A DNA stretch of 64,000 nt from Bacteroidia bacterium (GCA_030427255.1 JAUHWY010000018.1:2359-66358), one strand, 5' to 3'. Shown: positions 1-10,022, counted from the first letter of the stretch. The notes: generated by a model from the letters alone, not told the origin. Program-made: numbers and translations.

Positions 1-26
1 GGAACCGGGGCCCAAAACCCCTTTTC

Positions 27-1427
27 TCAATAACCCAATATTTTGAGCATGGATTTGTAGCTCTGTTCTTTGCTGAACAGTTTGGTGGTGTAGTCTCCGT
101 CCTCGTCGCGGTCAATGATTACGTGCTTTGGCGAGGGTATGAGGCAGTGTTGTATGCCTCCAAATCCGCCTAGGCTTTCTTGATACGCGCCGGTGTGAAA
201 AAATCCCAGATAAAGCGGTTGTCCTTCCGGGATTTTGGGCAGAAACACCTGTCCGATGTGTGCTTCGCTGTTGTAATAGTCTAAGCTGTCGCAGGTGAGG
301 CCGCCGAGGTTGACGCGCTGGTATGGCTGGTCCCAATGGTTGATGGCCAGCAAAATGAATCGGTGCTTAAGGCCCCAGGTGTCGGGTAGGGTGGTGATGA
401 AGCTGGAGTCAATCATGTACCAAGACTCGGTATCGTTTTGCTTTTTCACGTCCAGAATAGAGAAGAGGCTGGCGCCGCTTTCGCCAACGGTGAATGAGCC
501 GAATTCGGTGAAGATATTGGGTTCCTCAACGCCGTTGTCGTTGCAGTACTGTTTGATTTGTGCAATGATTTCTTGAATGATGTATTCGTAGTCGAAATCA
601 AATCCCAAACTATTTTTTATGGGCAGTCCGCCGCCAATGTTGAGGCTGTTGAGGCTGGGACATTCCTTTTTTAAGGCCACATATACGCTTAGGCATTTGG
701 ACAGTTCTGACCAATAATACACGTTGTCCCTAATTCCGGTATTGATGAAAAAGTGAAGCATTTTAACCTCGAAGCGCTTGTCGCCTTTGAGGTGCTCGCG
801 GTAAAAGGGTACGATGTCTTTATAGCGGATCCCCAATCGGGAAGTATAGAACTCGAAATTAGGTTCTTCTTCAGAAGCGATGCGCAGGCCTAGCTTGAGG
901 GGTTTGGCGTCTTGAGGCAAATGCTTTTTGTAAAAATCCAATTCGCCCATGTTGTCTAAAACGGGCAAAAGGTTGCTAAACCCTTGGGCATGGAAATCTA
1001 AAATGTGCTCTTGGTAAGGTTGACGCTTAAAGCCATTGCAGACCAAAAAGCGGTTTTTGTCAAACAAGCCGCGGCTGTGCAGCTCCTTAACAATCTCCAT
1101 ATCGTAGGTAGAAGAAGTTTCGATATGCACATCGTTTTTTAAAACTTCCTCGAGTACAAAGGAGAAATGAGAGCTTTTGGTGCAATAGCAATAGGTGTAG
1201 CTTCCTTGGTAATCGGCTTTGGCCATAGCCACCTTAAAGAGTATCTTCGCTTTCTGAATTTGAGTGGAGATTTTTGGAAGGTAGGTAATTTTAAGTGGGG
1301 TGCCGTATTGCTTGATTACCTCCATAAGAGGAATGTCATGAAAATACAACTCTTCGTCTTCTACCCGAAATCCGTCTTGTGGGAAATCGAAGGTTTGGTG
1401 AATAAGGTCTTCGTATTTAATTTTCAT
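27..1427 (-). CDS. speA: Arginine decarboxylase (Bacteroidota-type Orn/DAP/Arg decarboxylase, PLP-dependent)
   Basis: YCYCTKSSHF PLP-lysine region, LHFFINTG, NIGGGLP, GGLTCDS and HTGAYQE motifs; start taken at MKIKYEDL. Confidence 0.9.
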   Translation of the reverse strand: MKIKYEDLIHQTFDFPQDGFRVEDEELYFHDIPLMEVIKQYGTPLKITYLPKISTQIQKAKILFKVAMAKADYQGSYTYCYCTKSSHFSFVLEEVLKNDVHIETSSTYDMEIVKELHSRGLFDKNRFLVCNGFKRQPYQEHILDFHAQGFSNLLPVLDNMGELDFYKKHLPQDAKPLKLGLRIASEEEPNFEFYTSRLGIRYKDIVPFYREHLKGDKRFEVKMLHFFINTGIRDNVYYWSELSKCLSVYVALKKECPSLNSLNIGGGLPIKNSLGFDFDYEYIIQEIIAQIKQYCNDNGVEEPNIFTEFGSFTVGESGASLFSILDVKKQNDTESWYMIDSSFITTLPDTWGLKHRFILLAINHWDQPYQRVNLGGLTCDSLDYYNSEAHIGQVFLPKIPEGQPLYLGFFHTGAYQESLGGFGGIQHCLIPSPKHVIIDRDEDGDYTTKLFSKEQSYKSMLKILGY

Positions 1428-1545
1428 AAACCACACGCTTTGGTTCAAAGATGAGAAAATAATGCATCTGTGGTACAGTTGACATGAAAAAATAAACCAA
1501 GTGCTTTACTTTATGTTGTAAAGTAGCATGTAATCGATTCGGATT

Positions 1546-2562
1546 ATGAAAGATATTTGCTTTGTAGAGGTTAAATCGGAACTAGGTGCGGGAACCCGCG
1601 GCGCCAGTTTGGGGGTAGATGCGCTCAAGATAGCCTCTTTGCATTACGGTGACTACCTGTTTGGAAAATACAAAAGCCACGAAATACGAGACAGCAGCCG
1701 CTTGCTTTACCGCAACCCGGTGCGTACCCACGCCAAGCGCATTCGAGGCATTGAAAAGATATTCGGGAAACTGGCCAACACGGTGCAAAAAAAGCTTCAG
1801 GCCAATACCCTGCCGGTTGTGGTTTCGGGCGACCATTCCAGCGCCGGTGGAACCATAGCCGGGGTAAAAATGGCTTACCCAAACAAAAGACTTGGGGTAA
1901 TTTGGATTGATGCACACGCCGATTTGCACTCTCCCTACACCACCCCAAGCGGCAACGTACATGGCATGCCTCTGGCCACGGCTTTGGCGGTAGACAATTT
2001 GGACAATCAACTCAACGACCTGACGGACGGTGATATACAGCTGCATTGGGAGCGTCTAAAGAATACAGGAGGCATTCGGCCTAAGATAGTTCCTGAAGAT
2101 TTGGTATTCGTAGGAATCCGAGATTTGGAAAGCCCCGAAATCAATTATATCCGCGACCATAAGGTGGCCGTGCATACCGTGCAGCAATTGAGGGAACAGT
2201 CCGTTAAGAAAAAGTGCCAAGAAATTTTAGCCTACTTGTCTGATTGCGAAGTGCTGTATATTAGCTTTGATATTGACAGCTTAGATGCCCGTTTGGTTCC
2301 GGGAACCGGAACTCCGGTAGATCAAGGATTGACCTTTAGAGAGGCGGAATTGCTGCTGCAACACCTCTTGACCGACCCGCGGGTGGTTTGCTTTGAAATG
2401 ACCGAAATTAATCCATTATTGGACGAGAAAAACCATACGGCCGAGCAGGTGTATCCCCTGTTTAAAAAGGCCGTGCGGACATTGGAAAAGCATGTGAAAA
2501 AAGGAAAGGCCAAGGCCAAGACAAAGGGATCGATGGAAGCGTCCGACCTAAGCTCTGACTAA
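1546..2562 (+). CDS. rocF: Arginase
   Basis: SGDHS, DAHAD, SGNVHGMP and SFDIDSLD Mn-binding motifs; EINP. Confidence 0.92.
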   Translation: MKDICFVEVKSELGAGTRGASLGVDALKIASLHYGDYLFGKYKSHEIRDSSRLLYRNPVRTHAKRIRGIEKIFGKLANTVQKKLQANTLPVVVSGDHSSAGGTIAGVKMAYPNKRLGVIWIDAHADLHSPYTTPSGNVHGMPLATALAVDNLDNQLNDLTDGDIQLHWERLKNTGGIRPKIVPEDLVFVGIRDLESPEINYIRDHKVAVHTVQQLREQSVKKKCQEILAYLSDCEVLYISFDIDSLDARLVPGTGTPVDQGLTFREAELLLQHLLTDPRVVCFEMTEINPLLDEKNHTAEQVYPLFKKAVRTLEKHVKKGKAKAKTKGSMEASDLSSD

Positions 2563-3538
2563 GGTAAACACAGTTATTTCAGGCCTAACATTAAAGCGAA
2601 TCGGCCAACTGCAACCCAATGCGCGGTTAATGTATACCCGTTTTTTATCGTCCACCTCAATATCGCCGCAGCTGTATTTTTTATTTTTTACCGGCAATAT
2701 AGGTGCTTCTAAGAAGGGCGCTTTGCATTGCCCCCCGTGGGTGTGCCCGGCCAACACATATCCTCTGTACGCACCCCAACCCGGCAAATCGCAGGCATCC
2801 GGGTTGTGGCAAAGCACCACTCCCGGGCCATCAAAATCGTAGCGGCTAAAAGTTTTTTGAATGTCCCATTGCTTGGCCCACAAGTCATCTGCACCGGCAA
2901 TTTGTAAGCCATGAACCTCCACTTGCTCGTTGCGGAGCATCTGCACTCCTTGGTTTTCCAGGATATTTTTGATGTGCTGTGCAACAGACCCCTGCGCCCA
3001 ATTTTTACCATAATCGTGGTTTCCAAGGATGCCTAGGGTAGCCATAGAACCGAAAAGTCCATGGCGCATCACCTCTTGCAATTGGCTGAATTGTTCCTGG
3101 TTTTCATAACTGACAAAATCACCGGTATATTCTGAGGCCGTTGACGCGTTGTGTTTTCAAGGCGAATTAAGGCACGGTCAAATTGAAAGTCCGCAGTTTA
3201 CTGATTGTAAATGAGGAACTTGAGATTTGGCCGTAACGCAAAGTCGCCGCCAGAATAGCAACGCGTCAACGGTCTCATACTACTAGTTCCGGTGCATAAG
3301 CCCTAGCCTTTTGCATGGACTCCATCAAATAGGAGTAAGGAAAGCGGTTGCCCACGTGCATATCGCTGATTTGGATAAGGCGTTTACCTCCCAAGGCTTT
3401 GGGAAGACCATGAATGGGCAATGGGCGCTCTACAAATTCCAAACGGTAGGGCGCCACTTTCCATGCATAAATGCCCAGGCCCAAGCTCATGCCTCCGGCG
3501 GCCCACATGCTTTTTTTTAAGAAGGAACGTCGGTTCAT
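2548..3538 (-). pseudogene. Tat-exported calcineurin-like metallophosphoesterase (YkuE-like), split by a MITE
   Basis: N-part 3278-3538 (MNRRSFLKK twin-Arg signal, ISDMH) and C-part 2548-3132 (YTGDF, GNHD, HNPD, GHTHGGQ) are separated by a 145-bp insertion that introduces an in-frame TGA. Confidence 0.88.
3133..3277. mobile_element. MITE / non-autonomous IS-derived element with 19-bp terminal inverted repeats
   Basis: TGAGGCCGTTGACGCGTTG (3133-3151) and CAACGCGTCAACGGTCTCA (3259-3277), 1 mismatch; no ORF; interrupts a conserved gene. Confidence 0.88.
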
Positions 3539-3742
3539 GGCACATGAACGGAGGCTGGGGAGGAGTGGTATGCAAGAACTGTTAAGAATCCTTGAATACA
3601 TAAGTAAGAAATGACAGAAGCAAAGAGACTTACAGCGGTCTTTCGGAAATATTGAGCATATACACTGCTTGAAAGATTTATTGAAAGCTTGGTGCCTTTG
3701 CTCCGGGTAGATTCTCTAACTTGCTTCGCAAAGTTAAATCAC

Positions 3743-4990
3743 ATGCGCAACTTTATTTTCGCTATTCTTCTGGTTTGTATTGGCCTTAGCACCTCAGCTC
3801 AAGGGGTTTTGATTGGAGACACGGCCCAGCCGCCGCATCCTGATGCCCTGCTCGAACTGCGCGGTTCAAGAGCCCTTTTGATGCCTCGGCTCAACACCAC
3901 CCAACGAAACGCCCTGCAAAATCCGGTACCCGGCATGCAGATTTACCATATTGACGACCAATGCGTCGAAGTGTATTTTCCCAGTCAAGGCTGGAGCGAC
4001 GTGGCCTGCGACTGCCCCAATCCCCCCTCGGCCGGTTTTAGCTTTAGCCCCAGCAGCCCAAACCTGAATCAATCGGTGACTTTCACTCCCGCCTCCGGTG
4101 GACTTAATTACCAATGGACCTTTGCCTCAGGAACTCCGGCAAGTTCAAACGCATCAAGCCCTCAAGTGAGCTGGACTCAAGCCGGCAACTACAATGTGCA
4201 ATTGGTGGTTACCGACAACACCGGCTGCACCGACACCAGCAACCAAAGCGTAACTGTGAACGCCTGCAACCCACAATCCGGTAACCAGACCTTCAACTAT
4301 ACCGGCAGCATGCAAACCTTTACCGTACCTGCCTGCATTACCAATTTGCAGGTAACCTTGTATGGAGCGGAGGGCGGTCAGCGCAACAGCCAGCCCGGTG
4401 GCCAAGGCGGCATGGTGAGCGGCGATTTGGCCGTAAGCCCGGGGCAGTTGGTTTATGTATATGTGGGTGGCCGAGGTGCCAATCAGCAAACCGCCGGTTG
4501 GAACGGTGGCGGCATTGGCGATTTTCAAGCCGGTGGCGAAGCCGGCGGCGGCGGCGGTGCTTCTGACCTGCGGCTGAATGGAACCAACCTTTCCGACCGA
4601 GTAGCGGTGGCTGGCGGCGGTGGCGGTTCCGGTTGGAATCGCGCCGGAGGACAAGGCGGCGGATCTACCGGCGGCGCGGGCCAGGGTCCTTACCCCGGAC
4701 AGGGAGGAACCCAAAGCGCAGGCGGTGCCCAGGGAGTAGATTTGTGCAATAACCAAACTTCAGCCCCGGGCATATTGGGCCAAGGTGGCAATGGAGCCAG
4801 TGGCGGTTGTGGTTCCGGCGGCGGAGGCGGCGGTGGCGGTGGCTACTACGGCGGCGGCGGTGGGGGCACCAACAACCCGGACTTAGGCTCCGGCGGCGGT
4901 GGCGGCTCCAATTATACCGGTGGACTCACCAATGCCAGCGGCAGCAGTGGCGTGCGCAGCGGAGACGGACAGATTTTGATTTCTTGGTAA
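3743..4990 (+). CDS. Secreted PKD-domain + glycine-rich domain protein
   Basis: Signal peptide, LLMPRLNTTQRNA N-terminal motif, PKD-like (YQWTF...GNYNVQLVVTD), GGGGG-rich C-domain ending GDGQILISW. Confidence 0.8.
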   Translation: MRNFIFAILLVCIGLSTSAQGVLIGDTAQPPHPDALLELRGSRALLMPRLNTTQRNALQNPVPGMQIYHIDDQCVEVYFPSQGWSDVACDCPNPPSAGFSFSPSSPNLNQSVTFTPASGGLNYQWTFASGTPASSNASSPQVSWTQAGNYNVQLVVTDNTGCTDTSNQSVTVNACNPQSGNQTFNYTGSMQTFTVPACITNLQVTLYGAEGGQRNSQPGGQGGMVSGDLAVSPGQLVYVYVGGRGANQQTAGWNGGGIGDFQAGGEAGGGGGASDLRLNGTNLSDRVAVAGGGGGSGWNRAGGQGGGSTGGAGQGPYPGQGGTQSAGGAQGVDLCNNQTSAPGILGQGGNGASGGCGSGGGGGGGGGYYGGGGGGTNNPDLGSGGGGGSNYTGGLTNASGSSGVRSGDGQILISW

Positions 4991-4992
4991 GA

Positions 4993-5154
4993 TTTTTTGG
5001 GCGGCTCATCCCGCCCTCCCTGCAAGTCCTTGCCCCCAAGGCAGGTGCGGCTAGGTGGTACGTGGGCTCTCCCTGAACTAAGGGAAAGCCTCCGCCCACC
5101 AAGCCGCAGCCTGCCTTGGTTGCTCCGGGCTTTCCGTTCGGTCGGGGCCGCAGA
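4993..5154 (+). repeat. GC-rich long-hairpin intergenic repeat, family A
   Basis: TTTTTTGGGCG...CTGCAAGTCCT...stem CCAAGGCAGG/CCTGCCTTGG...CCGGGCTTTCCG...GCAGA; end motifs shared with 24353, 38532 and 52830. Confidence 0.75.
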
Positions 5155-5259
5155 TCTCCTTCCAGAAGGGTAGGTTTGCCTATTCTAAAAATGGAGTCGT
5201 GTTAACCTTAAGTGGTGCATTTCGAGATAAATTCCTATTTTTGAGAAACTTTAACCGCC

Positions 5260-5838
5260 ATGAGAATTCTGGAAATTGTACTGATTGCTTTAGGTATTTT
5301 GGCCTTTACCTTTAAGCTTACCGACATACCTGGTGGAAACGTTTTATTAAATTTTGCCCTGTCGAGCCTTGCAGTGCTGCACTTTGGACTTGGCTTTGCC
5401 TTGTTTTCGGGCGTCCGATTTCGAGAGCTGATTAAGAAGGGGAGAAAGTCAATCAAAGTAAGGCCTTATGTGGTCTTAATGCAATTTGGACTGGGAGTAT
5501 TGCATTTAGGCCTGCTTTTTACTTTAATGTTTTGGCCTAATGCGGGTTTTCAACTTAAAATGGGGTTGGTGTTATCTTTGGGTGCCTTGGTTTGGGTAGG
5601 CATTGTGTCCTTCAAGCAGTTCGACCGTACTGCCAAGCTAAACCTTGTTCGTTTGGTGTTTTTCTTAGCGTTAAGTATTCCCTTGGCTTTTACCTCCGAC
5701 GACCAATTGGTGGAAATGTATTATGGCCATGACCCGGAGTATGCAGAAATAATCAAAGCTCAAATAAAGGATTCCAACAATCCCATACATTTTGAGCGAA
5801 TGGATTCTTTGCGGAGGGCGAGAGGCATGCAGCCTTAA
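5260..5838 (+). CDS. Hypothetical integral membrane protein
   Basis: 192 aa with about 5 hydrophobic segments; TATTTTTG box upstream. Confidence 0.7.
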   Translation: MRILEIVLIALGILAFTFKLTDIPGGNVLLNFALSSLAVLHFGLGFALFSGVRFRELIKKGRKSIKVRPYVVLMQFGLGVLHLGLLFTLMFWPNAGFQLKMGLVLSLGALVWVGIVSFKQFDRTAKLNLVRLVFFLALSIPLAFTSDDQLVEMYYGHDPEYAEIIKAQIKDSNNPIHFERMDSLRRARGMQP

Positions 5839-5960
5839 ACGGATTCGCCACCCAAAGCAAGCCAATGGTAAAAGAAAGCCGCGGAAATAATGGTTTTAAC
5901 CCGTTGGTTTTTTAATTTCCCCCTTCAAAATAGGCTCCACAGGGTCTTAAAAAGTGTGTA

Positions 5961-7049
5961 ATGCGTACCCTCGTTTTATTGTTGATATTGATTCATGGGC
6001 TCATCCATGGCTTAGGTTTTGTTAAAGGCTTCGGCTTGGCCGAAATCAAAGCATTAAGTACGCCTATTTCAAAGCCCATGGCTCTTTTGTGGCTTTTGAC
6101 TTTGTTCCTTTTTTTAGGCTTCGTCTTTTTGTATTGGAAGTCCATGCCGCAGGCTTGGATGGTGGGATTGGCCGCATTGGTTTTGTCGCAGGTATTGGTG
6201 TTTTGGTTTTGGAAGGACGCTAAGTTTGGTTCCATTCCTAACCTGCTTGTGGCTTTTCTTTGTTTGGTGCAATGGGGACAACTTAGGTTTCACCGAATGG
6301 TGGAACAAGATCAAAATGCCCTCATTCAGGCCACCCATGCCTCCGAATTAGATCCTATTGAATATATCGATGTAGGAGAGCTTCCTCAAGCCGTGCAGTG
6401 TTGGTTAAACACCAGTGGGGCCATGCAGAAGCCTATGCCCAAACGCATTCGAATTCAACAAAAGGCCAGCATGCAAATGAAGCCGGGCCAAAAGCAATGG
6501 ATGGATGCCCGGGCCATTCAAATAAGCAGCTTGAATCCTCCAGGATTTGTTTGGTCGGTTAGGGCCTCTCTTTTTCCCGGAGTTTCTGTTTTGGGCAGAG
6601 ACCGGTTTACGCAAGGAAAGGGCGAAATGCTCATACAATTGAACGGCCTCTTTTCTGTGGTGAATGCGCGTGGTCCCAAACTGGATCAGGGAAGCCTGCA
6701 GCGGTATTTGGGTGAAATTGTATGGTATCCTAAAATGGCTTTGAGTCCTTATATCCGTTGGTATGAAGTTGACGAAAATAAAGCAGAGGCCGAGCTAAGT
6801 TTTGGTGGAACAACGGGCAAAGGAACCTTTCATTTTGGGGCAGACGGAGCGGTAGAAAAATTTGAAGCCATGCGGTATCAAGGCAATGCGGAGGATGCCC
6901 AATTGCTCCTTTGGGAAATAAAGGTATTGGAGCATAAAGAATTTGAAGGAGTTAGAATCCCATCCAAAATGGAGTCTACCTGGCATAACCCGGAGGGGCC
7001 TTGGACTTGGTTGAAGCTAGAAGTTGTAGACTTGCGTTACCAAGAATAG
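5961..7049 (+). CDS. Membrane-anchored DUF6544/DUF6920-like protein
   Basis: N-terminal TM helices (HGLIH, WKDAKFG), C-domain with QRYLGEIVWYP and GVRIP motifs. Confidence 0.7.
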   Translation: MRTLVLLLILIHGLIHGLGFVKGFGLAEIKALSTPISKPMALLWLLTLFLFLGFVFLYWKSMPQAWMVGLAALVLSQVLVFWFWKDAKFGSIPNLLVAFLCLVQWGQLRFHRMVEQDQNALIQATHASELDPIEYIDVGELPQAVQCWLNTSGAMQKPMPKRIRIQQKASMQMKPGQKQWMDARAIQISSLNPPGFVWSVRASLFPGVSVLGRDRFTQGKGEMLIQLNGLFSVVNARGPKLDQGSLQRYLGEIVWYPKMALSPYIRWYEVDENKAEAELSFGGTTGKGTFHFGADGAVEKFEAMRYQGNAEDAQLLLWEIKVLEHKEFEGVRIPSKMESTWHNPEGPWTWLKLEVVDLRYQE

Positions 7050-7101
7050 CCGGAATGAAGTGAAATTTATTTGTTTACCAATGCCTAGTTTTCTTCCCCG
7101 G

Positions 7102-8130
7102 TTAATATTTGAGAATTTTCGCCACCCGAACCAAAAGAATAAGAGCAGGAACTTCTACCAAAGGGCCAACTACACCCACAAAAGCTTGGGGTGATTGGAT
7201 TCCAAACAAAGCGATGGAAACGGCTATGGCCAATTCGAAGTTGTTTCCCGATGCTGTAAAGGCTATGGCCGCATTTTGAGGATATTCGGCGTTTAGCCAT
7301 TTCCCAATGCCAAAGGCCAGGCCAAACATGAGTGAAAAGTACAAAAGCAAGGGTAGCGCAAGGCGCAACACATCCAACGGCAAATCAAATATCACCTCAC
7401 TTTTAAGGGAGAACATCAATACCACCGTAAGCAACAATGCCACTAAGGTAAAAGGCCCAATAAATGGAAGGTATTTTTGCTCAAACCATTCCGGACTTTT
7501 TAATCGACTCCAAAAGGGGCGGCTCAATGCACCCAGAACAAAAGGGATACCCAAGTAAATACCTACGTTTTGGGCCACAAGCTGAATGGGTACGGTTAGT
7601 TGCATGCTTTCGGCTCCCAGCAAAGGCGGAACTAAGGTCAAAAACACCCACGCGTATAGGCTGTAGGCAAATACCTGAAAAAGACTGTTGAGGGCTACCA
7701 AGCCTGCACCCCAGGCATTGCTTCCTCCGGCCAAGTCGTTCCATACCAATACCATGGCAATGCAGCGCGCCAATCCTATTAGCACCAGACCTGAAAAATA
7801 GGCCGGCTCGTTTCTAAAGAAAATCCATGCCAGACCAAACATGAGCAATGGACCTATAACCCAATTGAGCACTAAGGACAACAGCAACAAACGGGGCTGG
7901 TTCATGATTTTGGGCAAGGCCTCATAACGCACTTTGGCCAGCGGTGGATACATCATTATCAGCAGTCCAATGGCCAGTGGAATATTGGTGCCACCCACGC
8001 TCCATACATGAAAGCTTATAACCCATTGAGGAAAGAAGAAACCTAGACCCAAGCCAAACGCCATGGCCAAGAATATCCAAACACTAAGCCCTCGATTTAA
8101 AAGCGAAAGTTGGGGGCCGGAATGCCTCAT
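7102..8130 (-). CDS. acr3: ACR3 family arsenite efflux transporter
   Basis: MMYPPLAKV, GLARCIAMVLVW, GNNFELAIAV and GPLVEVP motifs; ATGA overlap with upstream gene. Confidence 0.93.
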   Translation of the reverse strand: MRHSGPQLSLLNRGLSVWIFLAMAFGLGLGFFFPQWVISFHVWSVGGTNIPLAIGLLIMMYPPLAKVRYEALPKIMNQPRLLLLSLVLNWVIGPLLMFGLAWIFFRNEPAYFSGLVLIGLARCIAMVLVWNDLAGGSNAWGAGLVALNSLFQVFAYSLYAWVFLTLVPPLLGAESMQLTVPIQLVAQNVGIYLGIPFVLGALSRPFWSRLKSPEWFEQKYLPFIGPFTLVALLLTVVLMFSLKSEVIFDLPLDVLRLALPLLLYFSLMFGLAFGIGKWLNAEYPQNAAIAFTASGNNFELAIAVSIALFGIQSPQAFVGVVGPLVEVPALILLVRVAKILKY

Positions 8131-8744
8131 GCAGCAATGATTTTTTGAAGCATCCATTGCCATTCCGTAATCATGGACCGGGCGGTGCTAAGGTAGGCTT
8201 CGAGGGCTTGGTATGTACCGTCTTTTTCTCCTGGGTCTGCATAGGAAAGAACACTTCTATGTGAAGCACCGGGAACAAAGGGACATTGGGCATCGGCTTG
8301 CTCGCAAACCATTACGGCCCAGAACGATTGACCGTTGCCGGATGCCTCTTTTAAAGTTTTGGAAAAAACTGGGATGGGCTCTTGATCCTCGGCAAAATAA
8401 ATAAGGTATTCTGCCGGCGGCGCCAAGGCTTTTTCGGTTCGGAAACCTAAGTGGTTTAAGGCCTTTGCCACCGTGGGGTGCACTTGGGTTTTATGGGTTC
8501 CTGCCGAAGAGGTGCTTATGTTCAGGCGATGAGTTTTGGCCAATGCGAAACAAATGATTTGGGAAAGCTGGCTTCGTCTGGCGTTGTGGGTACACACAAA
8601 TCGAAGGTGGAGCTGCCCCTCCTTTTGCAGCCCCATTTTTATGGCCATGGCTAAGGTATTCAGCAGCTCCAGCCGCTCCGGATTTGGACTTTGATTGCGT
8701 CCCTCCATGAGGGATGCGTTGAGCTTTGGGAAGAAAGGAGTCAT
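8127..8744 (-). CDS. LMW protein-tyrosine-phosphatase / arsenate-reductase-like protein
   Basis: P-loop VCTHNARRS, later C...CPFVPG and DP motif; inside the ars operon. Confidence 0.8.
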   Translation of the reverse strand: MTPFFPKLNASLMEGRNQSPNPERLELLNTLAMAIKMGLQKEGQLHLRFVCTHNARRSQLSQIICFALAKTHRLNISTSSAGTHKTQVHPTVAKALNHLGFRTEKALAPPAEYLIYFAEDQEPIPVFSKTLKEASGNGQSFWAVMVCEQADAQCPFVPGASHRSVLSYADPGEKDGTYQALEAYLSTARSMITEWQWMLQKIIAA

Positions 8745-8748
8745 GGAA

Positions 8749-9642
8749 TCAACAACAAGAGCCTCCCGGCGTGCAGGCTGATTTTTGGGCTTGAAGTTCG
8801 GCCAAAGAAAGCTTGGGTTTGGGCATAGTATTCCCCGGTTTTTTGGCAAAAACAGTGATGGAAAATATTCCGGTGCCGCCTAACAAGAAAGCTTCTTTTG
8901 CTTCGGCATCCAAGTATTTATCCAAAATATCCTCCGGAATTTCGATGGGCTTTTGTTTTTGAATGACCGGGGCTTCAAATCCCGCATCTTTGATGTAGGA
9001 AAGGTAATCGTCCATTTGAATGGCTCCGGCAATGCAGCCGGCATACATTTCGGCGTCTTGACGCAAGGCTTGAGGGAGTTCGCCCTTGAGCACTACATCC
9101 GAAATGCTGAAATGCCCACCGGGCTTTAATACCCGAAACATTTCTTGAAATACAGGGGGCTTTTCGGGAACCAGGTTTAGTACACAATTGCTAACGATTA
9201 CATCAGCCACGGCATCGTTTACCGGCATATGCTCAATGTCTCCTTCACGGAATTCCACATTGTTGAGGCCCAATTTTTCGGCATGGCTTCGTGCTTGGCG
9301 AATCATTTCGGGAGTAAAATCAATACCAATTACCTTTCCTTCCGGTCCGGTTTCGTGGCGGGCCACAAAGCAATCGTTGCCTGCACCTGAGCCTAGGTCA
9401 ATAACTACATCGCCGGGTTTTATTTGGGCAAATTGGGTAGGCAAACCACAACCCAAACCCAAATCAGCATCGGCTACATAACCTTGGGTTTGGCTGTAGT
9501 CGTCCATCATTATGTTGTAGACCTTGTTGGAAGAAGTGGTGGCTCCACAACAAGAGGATGCATTTGTGGCTTTGTCTTGTTTGGCGATGGAAGCGTAGCG
9601 GTCTTGGACCAATTTTTTGAGGGAATCTTTTTGCGTATGCAT
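8749..9642 (-). CDS. arsM: Arsenite methyltransferase
   Basis: SCCG, LGLGCGLP, DLGSGAGND SAM motif, SNCVLNL, AGCI, C-terminal CC. Confidence 0.92.
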   Translation of the reverse strand: MHTQKDSLKKLVQDRYASIAKQDKATNASSCCGATTSSNKVYNIMMDDYSQTQGYVADADLGLGCGLPTQFAQIKPGDVVIDLGSGAGNDCFVARHETGPEGKVIGIDFTPEMIRQARSHAEKLGLNNVEFREGDIEHMPVNDAVADVIVSNCVLNLVPEKPPVFQEMFRVLKPGGHFSISDVVLKGELPQALRQDAEMYAGCIAGAIQMDDYLSYIKDAGFEAPVIQKQKPIEIPEDILDKYLDAEAKEAFLLGGTGIFSITVFAKKPGNTMPKPKLSLAELQAQKSACTPGGSCC

Positions 9643-9653
9643 AACGTTTGAAA

Positions 9654-9992
9654 TTAAGAGCAACAGAGGTTTTGGGTGTTTGGGAGCTCACGGTTGAAGA
9701 AGGTGTGGAGCATTTGTTGGAGTTTTTCCCAAGCTTGGGGATCGATGCAGTAGCACATGCGGTTGCCTTCAATTTGGCCTTGGATGATGCCGAGTTGTTT
9801 GAGTTCGCGCAAATGTTGGCTTACGGTAGCCTGGGCAAGCCCGAGTTCTTGCACCAGTTGGTTGTTGATGCAGGTTCCGGTGGCAAGGAGGTGTTCAATA
9901 ATGGCGATGCGTGCGGGATGGGCAAAGGCTTTAAAGGCCTCGGCCTGTTGGTTTTGTTCTTGAGTAAAGAGATCGGTTCTGCTGGTTCCCAA
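9654..9992 (-). CDS. arsR: ArsR/SmtB family repressor
   Basis: AHPARIAI, LAQATVSQHLRELK HTH, CYC and terminal CC; TTG start. Confidence 0.9.
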   Translation of the reverse strand: MGTSRTDLFTQEQNQQAEAFKAFAHPARIAIIEHLLATGTCINNQLVQELGLAQATVSQHLRELKQLGIIQGQIEGNRMCYCIDPQAWEKLQQMLHTFFNRELPNTQNLCCS

Positions 9993-10004
9993 GTTAAAAT
10001 TCTA

Positions 10005-10022
10005 TATTGCAATATTACGATA
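10005..10022 (-). promoter_or_regulatory. Putative ArsR operator overlapping a -7-like box
   Basis: Imperfect palindrome TATTGCAATATTACGATA 12 bp upstream of arsR; reads TAATATTG on the minus strand. Confidence 0.6.

Noticed and set aside
27-2562. Divergent speA/arginase pair as a novel system
   Set aside because: Ordinary arginine/polyamine metabolism genes; I recall this pairing from other Bacteroidota.
4530-4910. GGCGGC runs as contingency microsatellites or DGR variable region
   Set aside because: They encode polyglycine with mixed codons; no template/variable repeat pair or reverse transcriptase is seen.
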